DNA of 20,000 nucleotides from an uncultured virus (IMG/VR IMGVR_UViG_2675903308_000004) (IMGVR_UViG_2675903308_000004); one strand, 5' to 3'. Numbered from the stretch's first letter, positions 8,151-16,721 are shown. Program-made: numbers and translations. Notes: generated by a model from the sequence alone, not told the origin.

Positions 8151-8723
8151 TTACATTTTATATGGTGAAACAATATCGTAAATAGATTTGCATACTTGAA
8201 TGTCATATAAGGCATCATGTAGTCGGCTTTCGTCTATTTCTATACCGAGTGCCTTTGCTACAGTTCCTTGCTTGAAATTTTCCATCTGTGAGCGTTGAGA
8301 AGCCAGATAAGGAGTTGCCAAAACCATTACATCTATAGAATTACTCCAGAAGTAAGAACCGAAATATTTATCCCCATTCTGTAAAAACCATGCACGGAGA
8401 AACTGGTTATCAAATGAAGCATTATTATAACCAGCAAGGAAAAACTTATCCTGCTTATTATACTTATCCACGTATTTATTCAAAATAGCCGTAAATTGTC
8501 CGTACACATACCCCATTGCCGGATAAGATAGGATCTGCTCTTTGGTTACACCAGCCACATCTAAAGCCTCTTGCACTATTTCCGCTTTAGGGTTAGGCTG
8601 TACCTTGAAATCAAAGGTTTCTTTTACTTCACCGTCTATAACGATCATACCGCTAATTTGGTGGATCCCATGTTTGTTTACTAACGTTCCTGTAGTTTCC
8701 AGGTCAAAAAACACTACTTTCAT
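8151..8723 (-). CDS. DEDDh 3'-5' exonuclease (DnaQ/epsilon-like)
   Basis: ExoI FDLETTG, ExoII YNNASFD, ExoIII HDALYD. Confidence 0.9.
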   Translation of the reverse strand: MKVVFFDLETTGTLVNKHGIHQISGMIVIDGEVKETFDFKVQPNPKAEIVQEALDVAGVTKEQILSYPAMGYVYGQFTAILNKYVDKYNKQDKFFLAGYNNASFDNQFLRAWFLQNGDKYFGSYFWSNSIDVMVLATPYLASQRSQMENFKQGTVAKALGIEIDESRLHDALYDIQVCKSIYDIVSPYKM

Positions 8724-9532
8724 TTACTCAATTTTTTATATTGTTTCATTGCATTACTCAAACTCTCTGTTTTATCCAGAAGGATAGCCAGCTTATCCAC
8801 ATCTACCATAACACCGCCATCCAGATAAGCCCACACCTTACGGAGTGCCTGAGCTATCTCTTTGGCTTCCTTAGCCTCTTTCTGTACAGCGTTAATCTCT
8901 TTATTGGTAACAGTCCTTTTCCCTTGCTTTTCGGCTAATTCTACGGCTTTTCTCGTGGCGTTTACTTGTTCCTCTTCCGTATCGTAATTGGCTACAATGT
9001 CCTTAGCAGCAGAAGCCGATATTTGTTTGTTTATAATACGTTCCTGAATCTCTATAGGGAGATCCATTAGGGATAAACATTTACTCACAAAAGCCGGAGA
9101 TTTTTTAAACTTTTCAGCTATCTCATTTTGGGTATATCCGAACTCTTCTTTAAAGCGTTTGAACATGATACCGCACTCATATTCAGAAAAACGCTTTCCC
9201 TCATTTCTCATCATCTGCTCGATTAGAAGCTCTTCCGTACTTGTGTCTTTAGGCAGCTTCAAAGCCTTAATGTAAGGAATGTTTGTACCCTCTTCAATCG
9301 CAAGCATGGTAGCCCGATAGCGTCTTTCACCATCCACCAGCTTGTACCGTTCTATACCGTCCTCATCTTTGAAAGGAAGTACGGTAATAGGGTTAAGAAC
9401 TCCTTTAGCCTTGATTTGCTCCTTTAATTCCTCTAAATCGAAATCTCTACGAGCATTGAAATCATCCATTACCACTATGTTACGTGGATCTATCTGGAAA
9501 ATATCAGTTCTTTTTGTTGCATTAGTTTCCAT
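8720..9532 (-). CDS. ParB/Spo0J-family protein with HTH
   Basis: Arginine patch LVDGERRYRA, GVLNPI, and HTH TQNEIAEKFKKSPAFVSKCL. Confidence 0.88.
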   Translation of the reverse strand: METNATKRTDIFQIDPRNIVVMDDFNARRDFDLEELKEQIKAKGVLNPITVLPFKDEDGIERYKLVDGERRYRATMLAIEEGTNIPYIKALKLPKDTSTEELLIEQMMRNEGKRFSEYECGIMFKRFKEEFGYTQNEIAEKFKKSPAFVSKCLSLMDLPIEIQERIINKQISASAAKDIVANYDTEEEQVNATRKAVELAEKQGKRTVTNKEINAVQKEAKEAKEIAQALRKVWAYLDGGVMVDVDKLAILLDKTESLSNAMKQYKKLSK

Positions 9533-9672
9533 TATTTCGTTGTTTTTTCGTAAAACTTACATGGCTTCTTTCTTGCAGTTATCCTCTTAGAAAGTTTACA
9601 GCAATACATCTGACCGACTTTTGGATTACTCCAGAAGTGCTTACACTCGCTACAATGCCTATCGTCATTCAT
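9532..9672 (-). CDS. Small Cys-rich hypothetical protein
   Basis: 46 aa from ATG 9672 (TGATG coupling to the upstream gene, TAATG to the downstream gene): HCSECKH...YCCK...PCKFYE. Confidence 0.6.
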   Translation of the reverse strand: MNDDRHCSECKHFWSNPKVGQMYCCKLSKRITARKKPCKFYEKTTK

Positions 9673-9938
9673 CACAATACTTTGAAAACGTGGAACACAA
9701 GCGAACCACCACACATTTGAAAAGTTCCTATGTATTCCAGCCTATCACTGTCTGGAACATTATGCCCTGTGCCATGCACTCTGATATGCACATTCTCTTT
9801 TTCCGAATTAGGATCTACCATAGCCCATATACAAGGAACTCCGTTCTGATTCTGTACTGTCAGGATCTTAGCACCAACTGGCATTACAATATCCTGATCG
9901 TCTGTTATTTCAATCGCATATTTATAAATCTTCTTCAT
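9672..9938 (-). CDS. Hypothetical phage protein
   Basis: 88 aa, IYKY...MPVGAKIL...CIWAMVD...GTG...YIGT...VFHVF pattern familiar from phage hypotheticals; tight packing. Confidence 0.7.
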   Translation of the reverse strand: MKKIYKYAIEITDDQDIVMPVGAKILTVQNQNGVPCIWAMVDPNSEKENVHIRVHGTGHNVPDSDRLEYIGTFQMCGGSLVFHVFKVL

Positions 9939-9942
9939 AGCT

Positions 9943-10398
9943 TTAGTATCTAAATCCTGTAAAATGAATAACTACACCTTCAAAAACATTCTCTTTGTTG
10001 TTCCCGAAAAACCATTCTACAAAGTCCTCTACGCTCAGACCATCATTTTTCGCTACTTCATGGATTGAAACTTTCTTGTTGTCTATCCATATTTCAGGGT
10101 AAGCATCCTCAGAGCTATATGTCATGGTTACGTGTTGCAGTCCGATTTTGGGTAATTGGGCTATTTCCTTTTGCTCCGAATTATACGGTCTGCCAGTCCA
10201 TTCACGTATTGAAAGATATTTTTTACCAGAAACAATATCTTTATACCGTCCATCCCATACATTTTTTGCGTTGTATCGGATTGTATGGATCTTACTTTTG
10301 TCTTTCAACTTCTTTTCAAAGTCTGTAGCTTCGCCAGCTTTGCTATGAGTTACGGGGAAAGACTTGCATAAGGTCAATATTACTTTTTTCTTTTCCAT
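9943..10398 (-). CDS. Hypothetical protein, possibly ASCH/PUA-like
   Basis: 151 aa; KIHTIR and AKNDGL..EDF motifs resemble ASCH-fold proteins. Confidence 0.5.
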   Translation of the reverse strand: MEKKKVILTLCKSFPVTHSKAGEATDFEKKLKDKSKIHTIRYNAKNVWDGRYKDIVSGKKYLSIREWTGRPYNSEQKEIAQLPKIGLQHVTMTYSSEDAYPEIWIDNKKVSIHEVAKNDGLSVEDFVEWFFGNNKENVFEGVVIHFTGFRY

Positions 10399-10399
10399 C

Positions 10400-10888
10400 T
10401 TAATTGTTGAGTTTTATATATTTACCAGGTATATTAGAATATTCCAGTATTTTTGCGTTTTCCTCACCAAAGGCTATAAGAACGCTACCGCACCCTGGGC
10501 TATCTCCTTGCGTACCATCTGGTCGATAGAATTTTATTCTACCCTTCACAAACATTATTGCACTTGCATTTGGGAAAATGAGATCTTGAAACATCTTGCT
10601 ATCACAGCGATTAAAAAGCAATGCTATACCGTTGTTGTTCCTTACCATCTTTTCCACAAATCGCTCAATAAGAGGACGTGAATACGGAGGATTTAACCAT
10701 ACTCTTACCCCCCCCCATTCAGTTTTTAAACCATCCTCAGAAGGCGTTATATGTCTTTTGGCGGTGTTCCACAAACGGTTTTCAGGAGCGCATGGATCAA
10801 GATCAAAACTCCCTAAAGCGTCCACTATCCATTTGGGAGTGTACCACTCATCCGTTGTCTGCTTACTTCGTTCAAAACTCGTATTCAT
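10400..10888 (-). CDS. Phage N6-adenine DNA methyltransferase (phage Dam-like)
   Basis: Likely start MNTSFERS at 10888; DEWYTP, FDLDPCA, catalytic VWLNPPYS, GRIKF. Confidence 0.88.
   Translation of the reverse strand: MNTSFERSKQTTDEWYTPKWIVDALGSFDLDPCAPENRLWNTAKRHITPSEDGLKTEWGGVRVWLNPPYSRPLIERFVEKMVRNNNGIALLFNRCDSKMFQDLIFPNASAIMFVKGRIKFYRPDGTQGDSPGCGSVLIAFGEENAKILEYSNIPGKYIKLNN
10708..10716 (-). repeat. G9 homopolymer inside the methyltransferase gene
   Basis: C9 on the + strand; coding strand TGG GGG GGG GTA (W-G-G-V), immediately before the NPPY motif. Confidence 0.85.
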
Positions 10889-10907
10889 AATGTTTACTTG
10901 GTAAATT

Positions 10908-11471
10908 TTAATATTCCTTTCCGTGTTTATTTTCCCTGCCTTCGTTGTAATACATCTTTTGCTCAATATGCCACAGTAAGTTAATTTTGAGAATTTCGGA
11001 TAATCTTCGTATCTGGTGAAGAGCATAGTTAATCTGTTCTTCCTGAGAATATTTATAGTTCACCAAATCTTTTACGATAGCATATATATTTTCTGTAAAA
11101 CTTTTCTTAGGAGTAACTACGTGTTGCAAACAGAATCTATTTAAATTCAGATTATTTGCTCCGGCAAGATCCAGTAATCGAATAGCAGCATCCGCTAATT
11201 CATCTTCTACTGTATCTTTCACATACTCTTCAAAGTTTTCTCTGAAATACTTGTTTTCATGGTGGAAAGTACGATCATCGAATATTGTTTCTTTTCTGTT
11301 GGCTGGTACTCTTGCAAACTTATTTCTTCTATGGGCGTTCACAGCTTCCATAAGCTCCGAAATAACCAGGCAAAGAAAGTGCTTATCGCTTGGTCTGCCT
11401 TCCCAAAATCCATGTTTTACAGCGTTGGAATGGGCTTTGTCTTTTAACTCGTTCCAATTTATCTCACTCAT
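10908..11471 (-). CDS. MazG-like nucleotide pyrophosphohydrolase
   Basis: AVKHGFW...LVISELMEAV and EDELADAAIRLLD acidic helices typical of the MazG-like all-alpha NTP-PPase fold. Confidence 0.75.
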   Translation of the reverse strand: MSEINWNELKDKAHSNAVKHGFWEGRPSDKHFLCLVISELMEAVNAHRRNKFARVPANRKETIFDDRTFHHENKYFRENFEEYVKDTVEDELADAAIRLLDLAGANNLNLNRFCLQHVVTPKKSFTENIYAIVKDLVNYKYSQEEQINYALHQIRRLSEILKINLLWHIEQKMYYNEGRENKHGKEY

Positions 11472-12124
11472 TTTCTATAACTCTTGTTTTGGTAATAAAT
11501 ACGTTCAAACATTTCTTCCATCCGATCAGCTATTCTTATACCGTAACGTTCCCCAAAATCGGAATCTTTGAGATTGGAAGTTGCGATAGTGAATAACTGT
11601 CTATCATATCTGGCATAAAGCAGTTCTACCACTGGTGAGAACTCGTTACCCCAACTTTTTACACTTGCTGGTTCAGTTCCTATATCATCAATAAAAAGCA
11701 GTTCTTGATTTTTGAGCTTATTGAAGTACATAGGATCATTAGCCACATTTTTTGCCAAATCCAAAGCTGAAACCCGGAATACACCTTTTCGCTCACTGGA
11801 TATGGAGCTATTGTGTAGAATACCGATAAGGTTACAAATCGCCTTGCCTAAAGTAGATTTGCCGGATCCTACTATTCCATATAGCAGCAATCCTACTTTA
11901 TAATCGCCAGTAAGCCATTTTGCAGCCTTTTCTATTTTCTCCAGTGTTCCTTTATCTTCCTGAAACGGAATACGCCTTTTGCGCACCTCATGCTGATAGC
12001 ACATAAGCAGCATTTCCTGAACCGTTTCCTTAGAATATCCTTCTATTCTAAATCGTGTTTCTGTAGTCGTTTCCAGTTGCCGATCCAGGATCTTTTGAAG
12101 CTGATTCTTTATGTTTATATCCAT
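11468..12124 (-). CDS. DnaC/IstB-like AAA+ ATPase (helicase loader)
   Basis: Walker A GIVGSGKS, Walker B LFIDDIGTE, TSNL, YGIRIADRM; follows the initiator. Confidence 0.88.
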   Translation of the reverse strand: MDINIKNQLQKILDRQLETTTETRFRIEGYSKETVQEMLLMCYQHEVRKRRIPFQEDKGTLEKIEKAAKWLTGDYKVGLLLYGIVGSGKSTLGKAICNLIGILHNSSISSERKGVFRVSALDLAKNVANDPMYFNKLKNQELLFIDDIGTEPASVKSWGNEFSPVVELLYARYDRQLFTIATSNLKDSDFGERYGIRIADRMEEMFERIYYQNKSYRK

Positions 12125-12830
12125 ACTTTTGTATTTCTTCGTTATATCTATTTACTACCCAGTTTAGTATCGCTCTATAGTCAGAACTATACTTTTTCCC
12201 TTTTGATCCTTTATAGTTATCAAGTATTTCAATCATCCGTTTGGCTCCTTCCTCAGAATATTCAGCGCATAACTTAGCGTATTCATCCCTTGTTAGTGTT
12301 ACGAACTCAGCATACTTGTATTTTTTTGCCTTCTCAGCCTTTTTTTGCTGCTCTGGCGTTAAAGGTGGTGGGCTTTCTTGTGGAAACAGTAAAACTTCCT
12401 GTTGCGGTTGTTGGGGCTGCTCTTGTAGGATCGTTTCTGCTTCTGCTTTTGGAATGAAAACCCTTGCCTTAGTGATCTCACCCCCTTTCTTACCAGCCAG
12501 CCTTCTTTTCTTACTTATCAGGTTGTCTTTTACCATACGCCTACTATAAATAGCTCCATCTTCCCGAACTTCACACACCTTGTTTTCTATCAAAGAATCT
12601 ACCCATTTAGAAGATCCTGAGCAATCCGTACCTATTATACGGGCTATATCTTCTTTCGTACAAGGCTGTCCGTTTGGCATAACCATAACACCACGTTCTA
12701 CACTTTCCCACATATAGCATAACATATCCATCCACAAACCCCTAACGTCTGGTGGAAGTACCCTTAATTCAGGACACCTCAACCAATCGCCAACATAGAA
12801 AGGCATAGGAGTTTCTTGTTTTCTTGCCAT
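12048..12830 (-). CDS. Putative replication initiator (YdaU/DUF1376-like N-terminus)
   Basis: Likely start MARKQETP at 12830; PFYVGDWL...RGLWMDMLCYMW...SRRM N-domain, Q/P-rich linker, C-terminal GKKYSSDYRAILNW; sits upstream of the DnaC-like gene. Confidence 0.72.
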   Translation of the reverse strand: MARKQETPMPFYVGDWLRCPELRVLPPDVRGLWMDMLCYMWESVERGVMVMPNGQPCTKEDIARIIGTDCSGSSKWVDSLIENKVCEVREDGAIYSRRMVKDNLISKKRRLAGKKGGEITKARVFIPKAEAETILQEQPQQPQQEVLLFPQESPPPLTPEQQKKAEKAKKYKYAEFVTLTRDEYAKLCAEYSEEGAKRMIEILDNYKGSKGKKYSSDYRAILNWVVNRYNEEIQKYGYKHKESASKDPGSATGNDYRNTI

Positions 12831-12844
12831 AGAGAGAATTTTTA

Positions 12845-12873
12845 AGGAAGCCGGGATAATTCCCAGCTTTCCT
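12845..12873 (-). promoter_or_regulatory. Intergenic stem-loop upstream of the initiator gene
   Basis: Minus strand AGGAAAGCTGGGA-ATTA-TCCCGGCTTCCT; no following U-tract. Confidence 0.5.
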
Positions 12874-12891
12874 ATAATCATGTTTGAACGG

Positions 12892-13650
12892 TTACACTTC
12901 CAGAATTGCAATATCGGGGGCAATATCCTTGATCTTATCCAGCACTTCATCAATACACTTATCTCTGTAACTTTCCATCACTTCATTTGCTCCTGGCGAA
13001 ACAAGTTGCAAAAACACTTCTCCATTTGTCAGATAATGATCGAACTCTATTTCGATAGGCTGTTTTGCAGTTCCCTTGAAGATAGCCATGTTTACGGTAA
13101 AGCTCTTCGGTAAATTACTTTCTACCTGGCAACGGTAAACATCAGCAACGGAGCCAGAAGGATCTCTTTGTTTCTCAATCTCTGCCTTTGCTTTTGCATT
13201 GAAGTTTTTGAGATTGGAAACAAGTACCATGCACTTTTCTTTATCTTCAAACAAACCACGATTCAGACGCAAGAATTGTCCTAATTTGGCAGGGATCCAG
13301 CCCTTTTCACCATCATTAATACCGAACTTCTCAAATGTTTCAGATACTTCAACCGTACCAGTGAACGTGTTTTTATTGTAATAATCATCTTCGTTTACAG
13401 TGAGCTGAATTGTCATTTTCTCACGATTCACAACGACATTTGCACGTTTCTGATCTACAGTATCTATTCGCTTGGAAAGCCATTCATACGGAGTGGAGAT
13501 AGTGCCGGAAACACTGATCTTTTCCGGGGCTTTGGTTGCAAGCGGTTGTTGTGCTTGCGCTGCGTCACCAAGTCTATAAACTACTTCAATAGGTTTCTCT
13601 CCAGTGTAATGTTCGATGTTAATGTTCAAACCTTTGTTTTTTTCTTCCAT
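12892..13650 (-). CDS. Hypothetical phage protein
   Basis: 252-aa ORF with an A-rich start region, collinear with its neighbours. Confidence 0.75.
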   Translation of the reverse strand: MEEKNKGLNINIEHYTGEKPIEVVYRLGDAAQAQQPLATKAPEKISVSGTISTPYEWLSKRIDTVDQKRANVVVNREKMTIQLTVNEDDYYNKNTFTGTVEVSETFEKFGINDGEKGWIPAKLGQFLRLNRGLFEDKEKCMVLVSNLKNFNAKAKAEIEKQRDPSGSVADVYRCQVESNLPKSFTVNMAIFKGTAKQPIEIEFDHYLTNGEVFLQLVSPGANEVMESYRDKCIDEVLDKIKDIAPDIAILEV

Positions 13651-13679
13651 AATGTTTTAAAACTTAAGATGTTAATAAA

Positions 13680-14108
13680 TTAATTATCTGTGCCAGTCAA
13701 GCGCACTGCCATTTGAATTGTTTTCTGCCTTTCTTCCGGCTTCATAGGTCTTTCCTCCAGCAAATAACCGTCTGGCGTATAGTAACCTACTCTTCCTTCG
13801 TCTTGATCTATGAACTTGTAGCACTCACCTTTAATGTACTCACCGCCTTTTCTCAAATCATCAAGCATTTTTCCGATCCGTTCTTGCAGTGGCTTCATTT
13901 TTCCTTTGAAGTCAGCTTTAACTACATCAAAATTTTCTGTCAGTTCTTGCATCTGTATCTGAACTTCTACAAGGTTAGCCCGAAGCTCATTAGTTTCTTC
14001 CTGAGAGAACTTTGAGAGATAACTTTTCTCTACGACCTCATCGCAGCTATCACGTAAAATTTGCGCTCTTTGCTCCACTGGAGTATCAGCCAACATTATA
14101 TCTTTCAT
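13680..14108 (-). CDS. Hypothetical phage protein (coiled-coil N-half)
   Basis: 142 aa, ATGA overlap with the upstream gene. Confidence 0.75.
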   Translation of the reverse strand: MKDIMLADTPVEQRAQILRDSCDEVVEKSYLSKFSQEETNELRANLVEVQIQMQELTENFDVVKADFKGKMKPLQERIGKMLDDLRKGGEYIKGECYKFIDQDEGRVGYYTPDGYLLEERPMKPEERQKTIQMAVRLTGTDN

Positions 14109-14479
14109 TGCAAAATAAGTTTGATTATTAATGAATTGAAGTCTATTTGAAAGTGGTACTTATTCAAAAGAACAAACAGTAAGATTGCGATTCCTAATAT
14201 GTTATCTATAATTCTCCATGTAAACCACTTCTTAGGGATAAGGCTTAAAACAATCAATGCAAGAAAACCTATCCATTGAGAGCTTATTAAACCTATGAAG
14301 CACAATATAAGGTAGATCCAGTTGCACATTCTCCAAACAGCGAAAACCGGGCTTATCTCTGTGAGATCGTTTTTGTCCTTATACTTTTCCACAGCAGCGA
14401 AAACTTTTTTGCAAGCTGCCAAATTCAGCACTTCAAAGAAAAGGCAGAAGGCTATCAGTATATAAAATATTGTTGTCAT
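14105..14479 (-). CDS. Hypothetical multi-pass membrane protein
   Basis: 124 aa with about 3-4 hydrophobic segments; ATGA overlaps on both sides. Confidence 0.7.
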   Translation of the reverse strand: MTTIFYILIAFCLFFEVLNLAACKKVFAAVEKYKDKNDLTEISPVFAVWRMCNWIYLILCFIGLISSQWIGFLALIVLSLIPKKWFTWRIIDNILGIAILLFVLLNKYHFQIDFNSLIIKLILQ

Positions 14480-15057
14480 TCTTGCACCTTCTTTACATTA
14501 AACATCAAATAATCAAACCACAATTCAATGAATTGCTGCCCGAAATACTTTGCTTTCTCTCTTGATTCTTGCCAAAGCCGAGAGCCGACACTCGCATGCG
14601 TATCCGAGGGGGCGTCATCCGTAAGCGCATAACCGAAGCCCGCACGATTGTTTAGAGCGTCAATAATTGGAATATACACAAGCCCTTCTGTTTCTTTGAT
14701 TTCTCTCTCAGTCCACAAAGCAAACCAGGGGAAATAGAAACGACTGTTACCGCTTGCATCCGGTTTAGGCTGGTAATTCTTACCCCACAAAGCCCGGCTG
14801 ATTGTTTCAAGTTTGATTAAGGCAATAATGCCTTTTCTTACTCCAGCAGAGCGCAAAGCCTTCTCGTCAATAGGGGAACACTTTAAAGCAGCACACGCAT
14901 CCTCATAACTTCGGATTGTCGTGTAATCATCAAGGGTAGGAGTTGGTTTCTTTTCACCTTTGCAGAACAAGGCTACCAACACGTTTTTCACTTCTTCACT
15001 TTTAGCAACGTCTAAAGCTGCCTTTACTTCAATCTCAGTAATTTCAATTACTTTCAT
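14476..15057 (-). CDS. Hypothetical protein with a DGR variable-region-like segment (putative DGR target)
   Basis: 193 aa; near the C-terminus AGFGYALTDDAPSDTHASVGSRL resembles the VR-encoded ...S.....G.RL end of C-type-lectin-fold DGR targets. Confidence 0.65.
   Translation of the reverse strand: MKVIEITEIEVKAALDVAKSEEVKNVLVALFCKGEKKPTPTLDDYTTIRSYEDACAALKCSPIDEKALRSAGVRKGIIALIKLETISRALWGKNYQPKPDASGNSRFYFPWFALWTEREIKETEGLVYIPIIDALNNRAGFGYALTDDAPSDTHASVGSRLWQESREKAKYFGQQFIELWFDYLMFNVKKVQE
14572..14646 (-). other. Putative DGR variable region (VR)
   Basis: 48 of 75 bases are G+C (64%) in an otherwise AT-rich window; 24 consecutive codons with none ending in A; NNT/NNC codons alternate with GCG/ACG/TCG. 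No template repeat or reverse transcriptase in the window. Confidence 0.6.
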
Positions 15058-15208
15058 CTTTTAAAGATTTTAATCGTTTGACAATTTTGTTAGTTAATCG
15101 TATCGCATTATCCACTCTGGTACTTCTACCTTCGTGTGGGATATTTTCTATTAGCACTGGAATAAGCCGGATAAGCTCATTTACCAAGTAGTTAGGTATC
15201 TTTTTCAT
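15044..15208 (-). CDS. Small hypothetical protein (54 aa), absent from the ORF track
   Basis: MKKIPNYLVNELIRLIPVLIENIPHEGRSTRVDNAIRLTNKIVKRLKSLKDESN*; fills the gap and overlaps both neighbours. Confidence 0.6.
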   Translation of the reverse strand: MKKIPNYLVNELIRLIPVLIENIPHEGRSTRVDNAIRLTNKIVKRLKSLKDESN

Positions 15209-15629
15209 CGGCTTTCCTCCAGTTAGGATCGGGATCAGGTATTTCTATATTCAAGTATTCCAAAGCGTACTCTCTGAGCTTCTCGCAATATGTTGAGAAT
15301 GTTAGCGTGTCCATTGTTGCAGTTGATCCGGGAAACTCTATAATTTCACCCGTATGTTTGTTTACTACTTTGTCCTTAGTCATTTGAGCCTTAAAAAACT
15401 CGTGTACTTGTTCCACGCTTGTAAACTCCCATCCGGCATTAAGCAACCCATCTAACAGCATTGGATAGATGCACCCCCATAGCCAGCCGTTTTGATCGTT
15501 GGAGCGTGGCTTCCTAACCTTTTTCACTATTACCTGGTAAATCCCATCTACCGAATGAGAAAACAAGTCGTATAATGGTCTGAGGTTGAATAGTCCACCC
15601 TTCTTTTCTATCAAAACTTTATTTGTCAT
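15192..15629 (-). CDS. NinB/Orf-like recombination accessory protein
   Basis: RSNDQN..LW and STATMDTLTFSTYCEKL motifs resemble the NinB family; near RecT. Confidence 0.6.
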   Translation of the reverse strand: MTNKVLIEKKGGLFNLRPLYDLFSHSVDGIYQVIVKKVRKPRSNDQNGWLWGCIYPMLLDGLLNAGWEFTSVEQVHEFFKAQMTKDKVVNKHTGEIIEFPGSTATMDTLTFSTYCEKLREYALEYLNIEIPDPDPNWRKADEKDT

Positions 15630-15984
15630 ATAGCTGTAGCTGTTTTTCTAAACTCTTTCTAACTGCGTGTATGGCTCCTTCTCTACCTTCAAGGCTTCTC
15701 AGGTAATCTTCCAGCTCCTTACGTGTTTCTGCGATATAGTAGCCTTCACTCGTGGCGATCAGCCCAATCACCATACCCGAAAGCCTAATATGGTTGATAA
15801 TCTTTCTTATTCGTGGACTATCAATTTTACACCCATAAGACTTTAAAGCCGAACACATCGCTTTATTTGTAATCGCTTTAGATTTACCTACCTTACCGTG
15901 AAGCCCTTGTACTATGAGAGGCAGAATAACTTTGTCCTCATAATCGGTTAGAGGTTTTGTTTGCTCTGAAAATCCTTGTATCAT
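15619..15984 (-). CDS. Putative winged-HTH DNA-binding protein
   Basis: AITNKAM...DSPRIRKIINHIR..G..I...S.GYY pattern. Confidence 0.55.
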   Translation of the reverse strand: MIQGFSEQTKPLTDYEDKVILPLIVQGLHGKVGKSKAITNKAMCSALKSYGCKIDSPRIRKIINHIRLSGMVIGLIATSEGYYIAETRKELEDYLRSLEGREGAIHAVRKSLEKQLQLYDK

Positions 15985-15986
15985 AC

Positions 15987-16721
15987 CTAAAAATTGTTTA
16001 AGGTTATACTTAAACCTGGTTTAGCAGCATAAACCGCCTTTCCAGTAAGTTTTTGCACCTCAGATACAAATAAATGCTCATCGCTGTTATTAGACGAGAG
16101 GTGTAAAAGAACTATGTTTGCAACGTTGCTCAAATCGTTTTCTTTTAGAGCTTGTTTGCAACTTTCCAGCTCCATGTGAGAAACCATTAATCTGTTTCTT
16201 TGCGTAGGAAGGACACGCCCGGCATTAATGCTTTCTATCAGTTTCGTATCAGAGTAATTACATTCAATCAGTATATGATTCAATCCGGAAAAAGTATATC
16301 CAGACTGGCAACTATCCGTTAAAAACATAATACTACCACAATCCGGGTGTTTAATGAAATAGCCAACACAAGGTACATCATGGAAAGCAGGGAAGGGGAT
16401 CACCCGAAAACCACCAAGCAGATAGCCCGATCCTACTTTAATGGCTTTTACTCTGGAACCTTTCAATTCCTTGCTTTCTATCACTTCTGGAAGAGCCAAT
16501 ACATGAAAGCCACAATCTACCATTGCCTTAGCATATTTAGCATGATCGTTATGCTGATGAGTTATTAAGCAGCCTACGACTTTGCGAATATTGAAATCCA
16601 AAGCCTTTTTTACGTCTATGAAACGTATTCCAGCCTCGATAATCAAAGCCTCATTGCCGTTATCCAGTATGTAGCAATTACCACTGGACGAGCTGCCCAA
16701 AACTCTTAATTCCATTCCCAT
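15987..16721 (-). CDS. Metallo-beta-lactamase-fold hydrolase (YycJ-like putative exonuclease)
   Basis: LGSSSSGN, THQHNDH, HDV, TD, ECNY, LLHLS. Confidence 0.88.
   Translation of the reverse strand: MGMELRVLGSSSSGNCYILDNGNEALIIEAGIRFIDVKKALDFNIRKVVGCLITHQHNDHAKYAKAMVDCGFHVLALPEVIESKELKGSRVKAIKVGSGYLLGGFRVIPFPAFHDVPCVGYFIKHPDCGSIMFLTDSCQSGYTFSGLNHILIECNYSDTKLIESINAGRVLPTQRNRLMVSHMELESCKQALKENDLSNVANIVLLHLSSNNSDEHLFVSEVQKLTGKAVYAAKPGLSITLNNF

Noticed and set aside
10889..11026. N-terminal extensions in the ORF track (also 6879-6935, 7243-7299, 8147-8218, 9673-9714, 12831-12953)
   Set aside because: They overlap upstream genes or regulatory sites; downstream ATGs fit gene packing and domain starts better.
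12340..12450. Possible origin iterons in the initiator linker
   Set aside because: Only low-complexity Q/P/A/E codon repeats; no clear repeated unit of iteron length.
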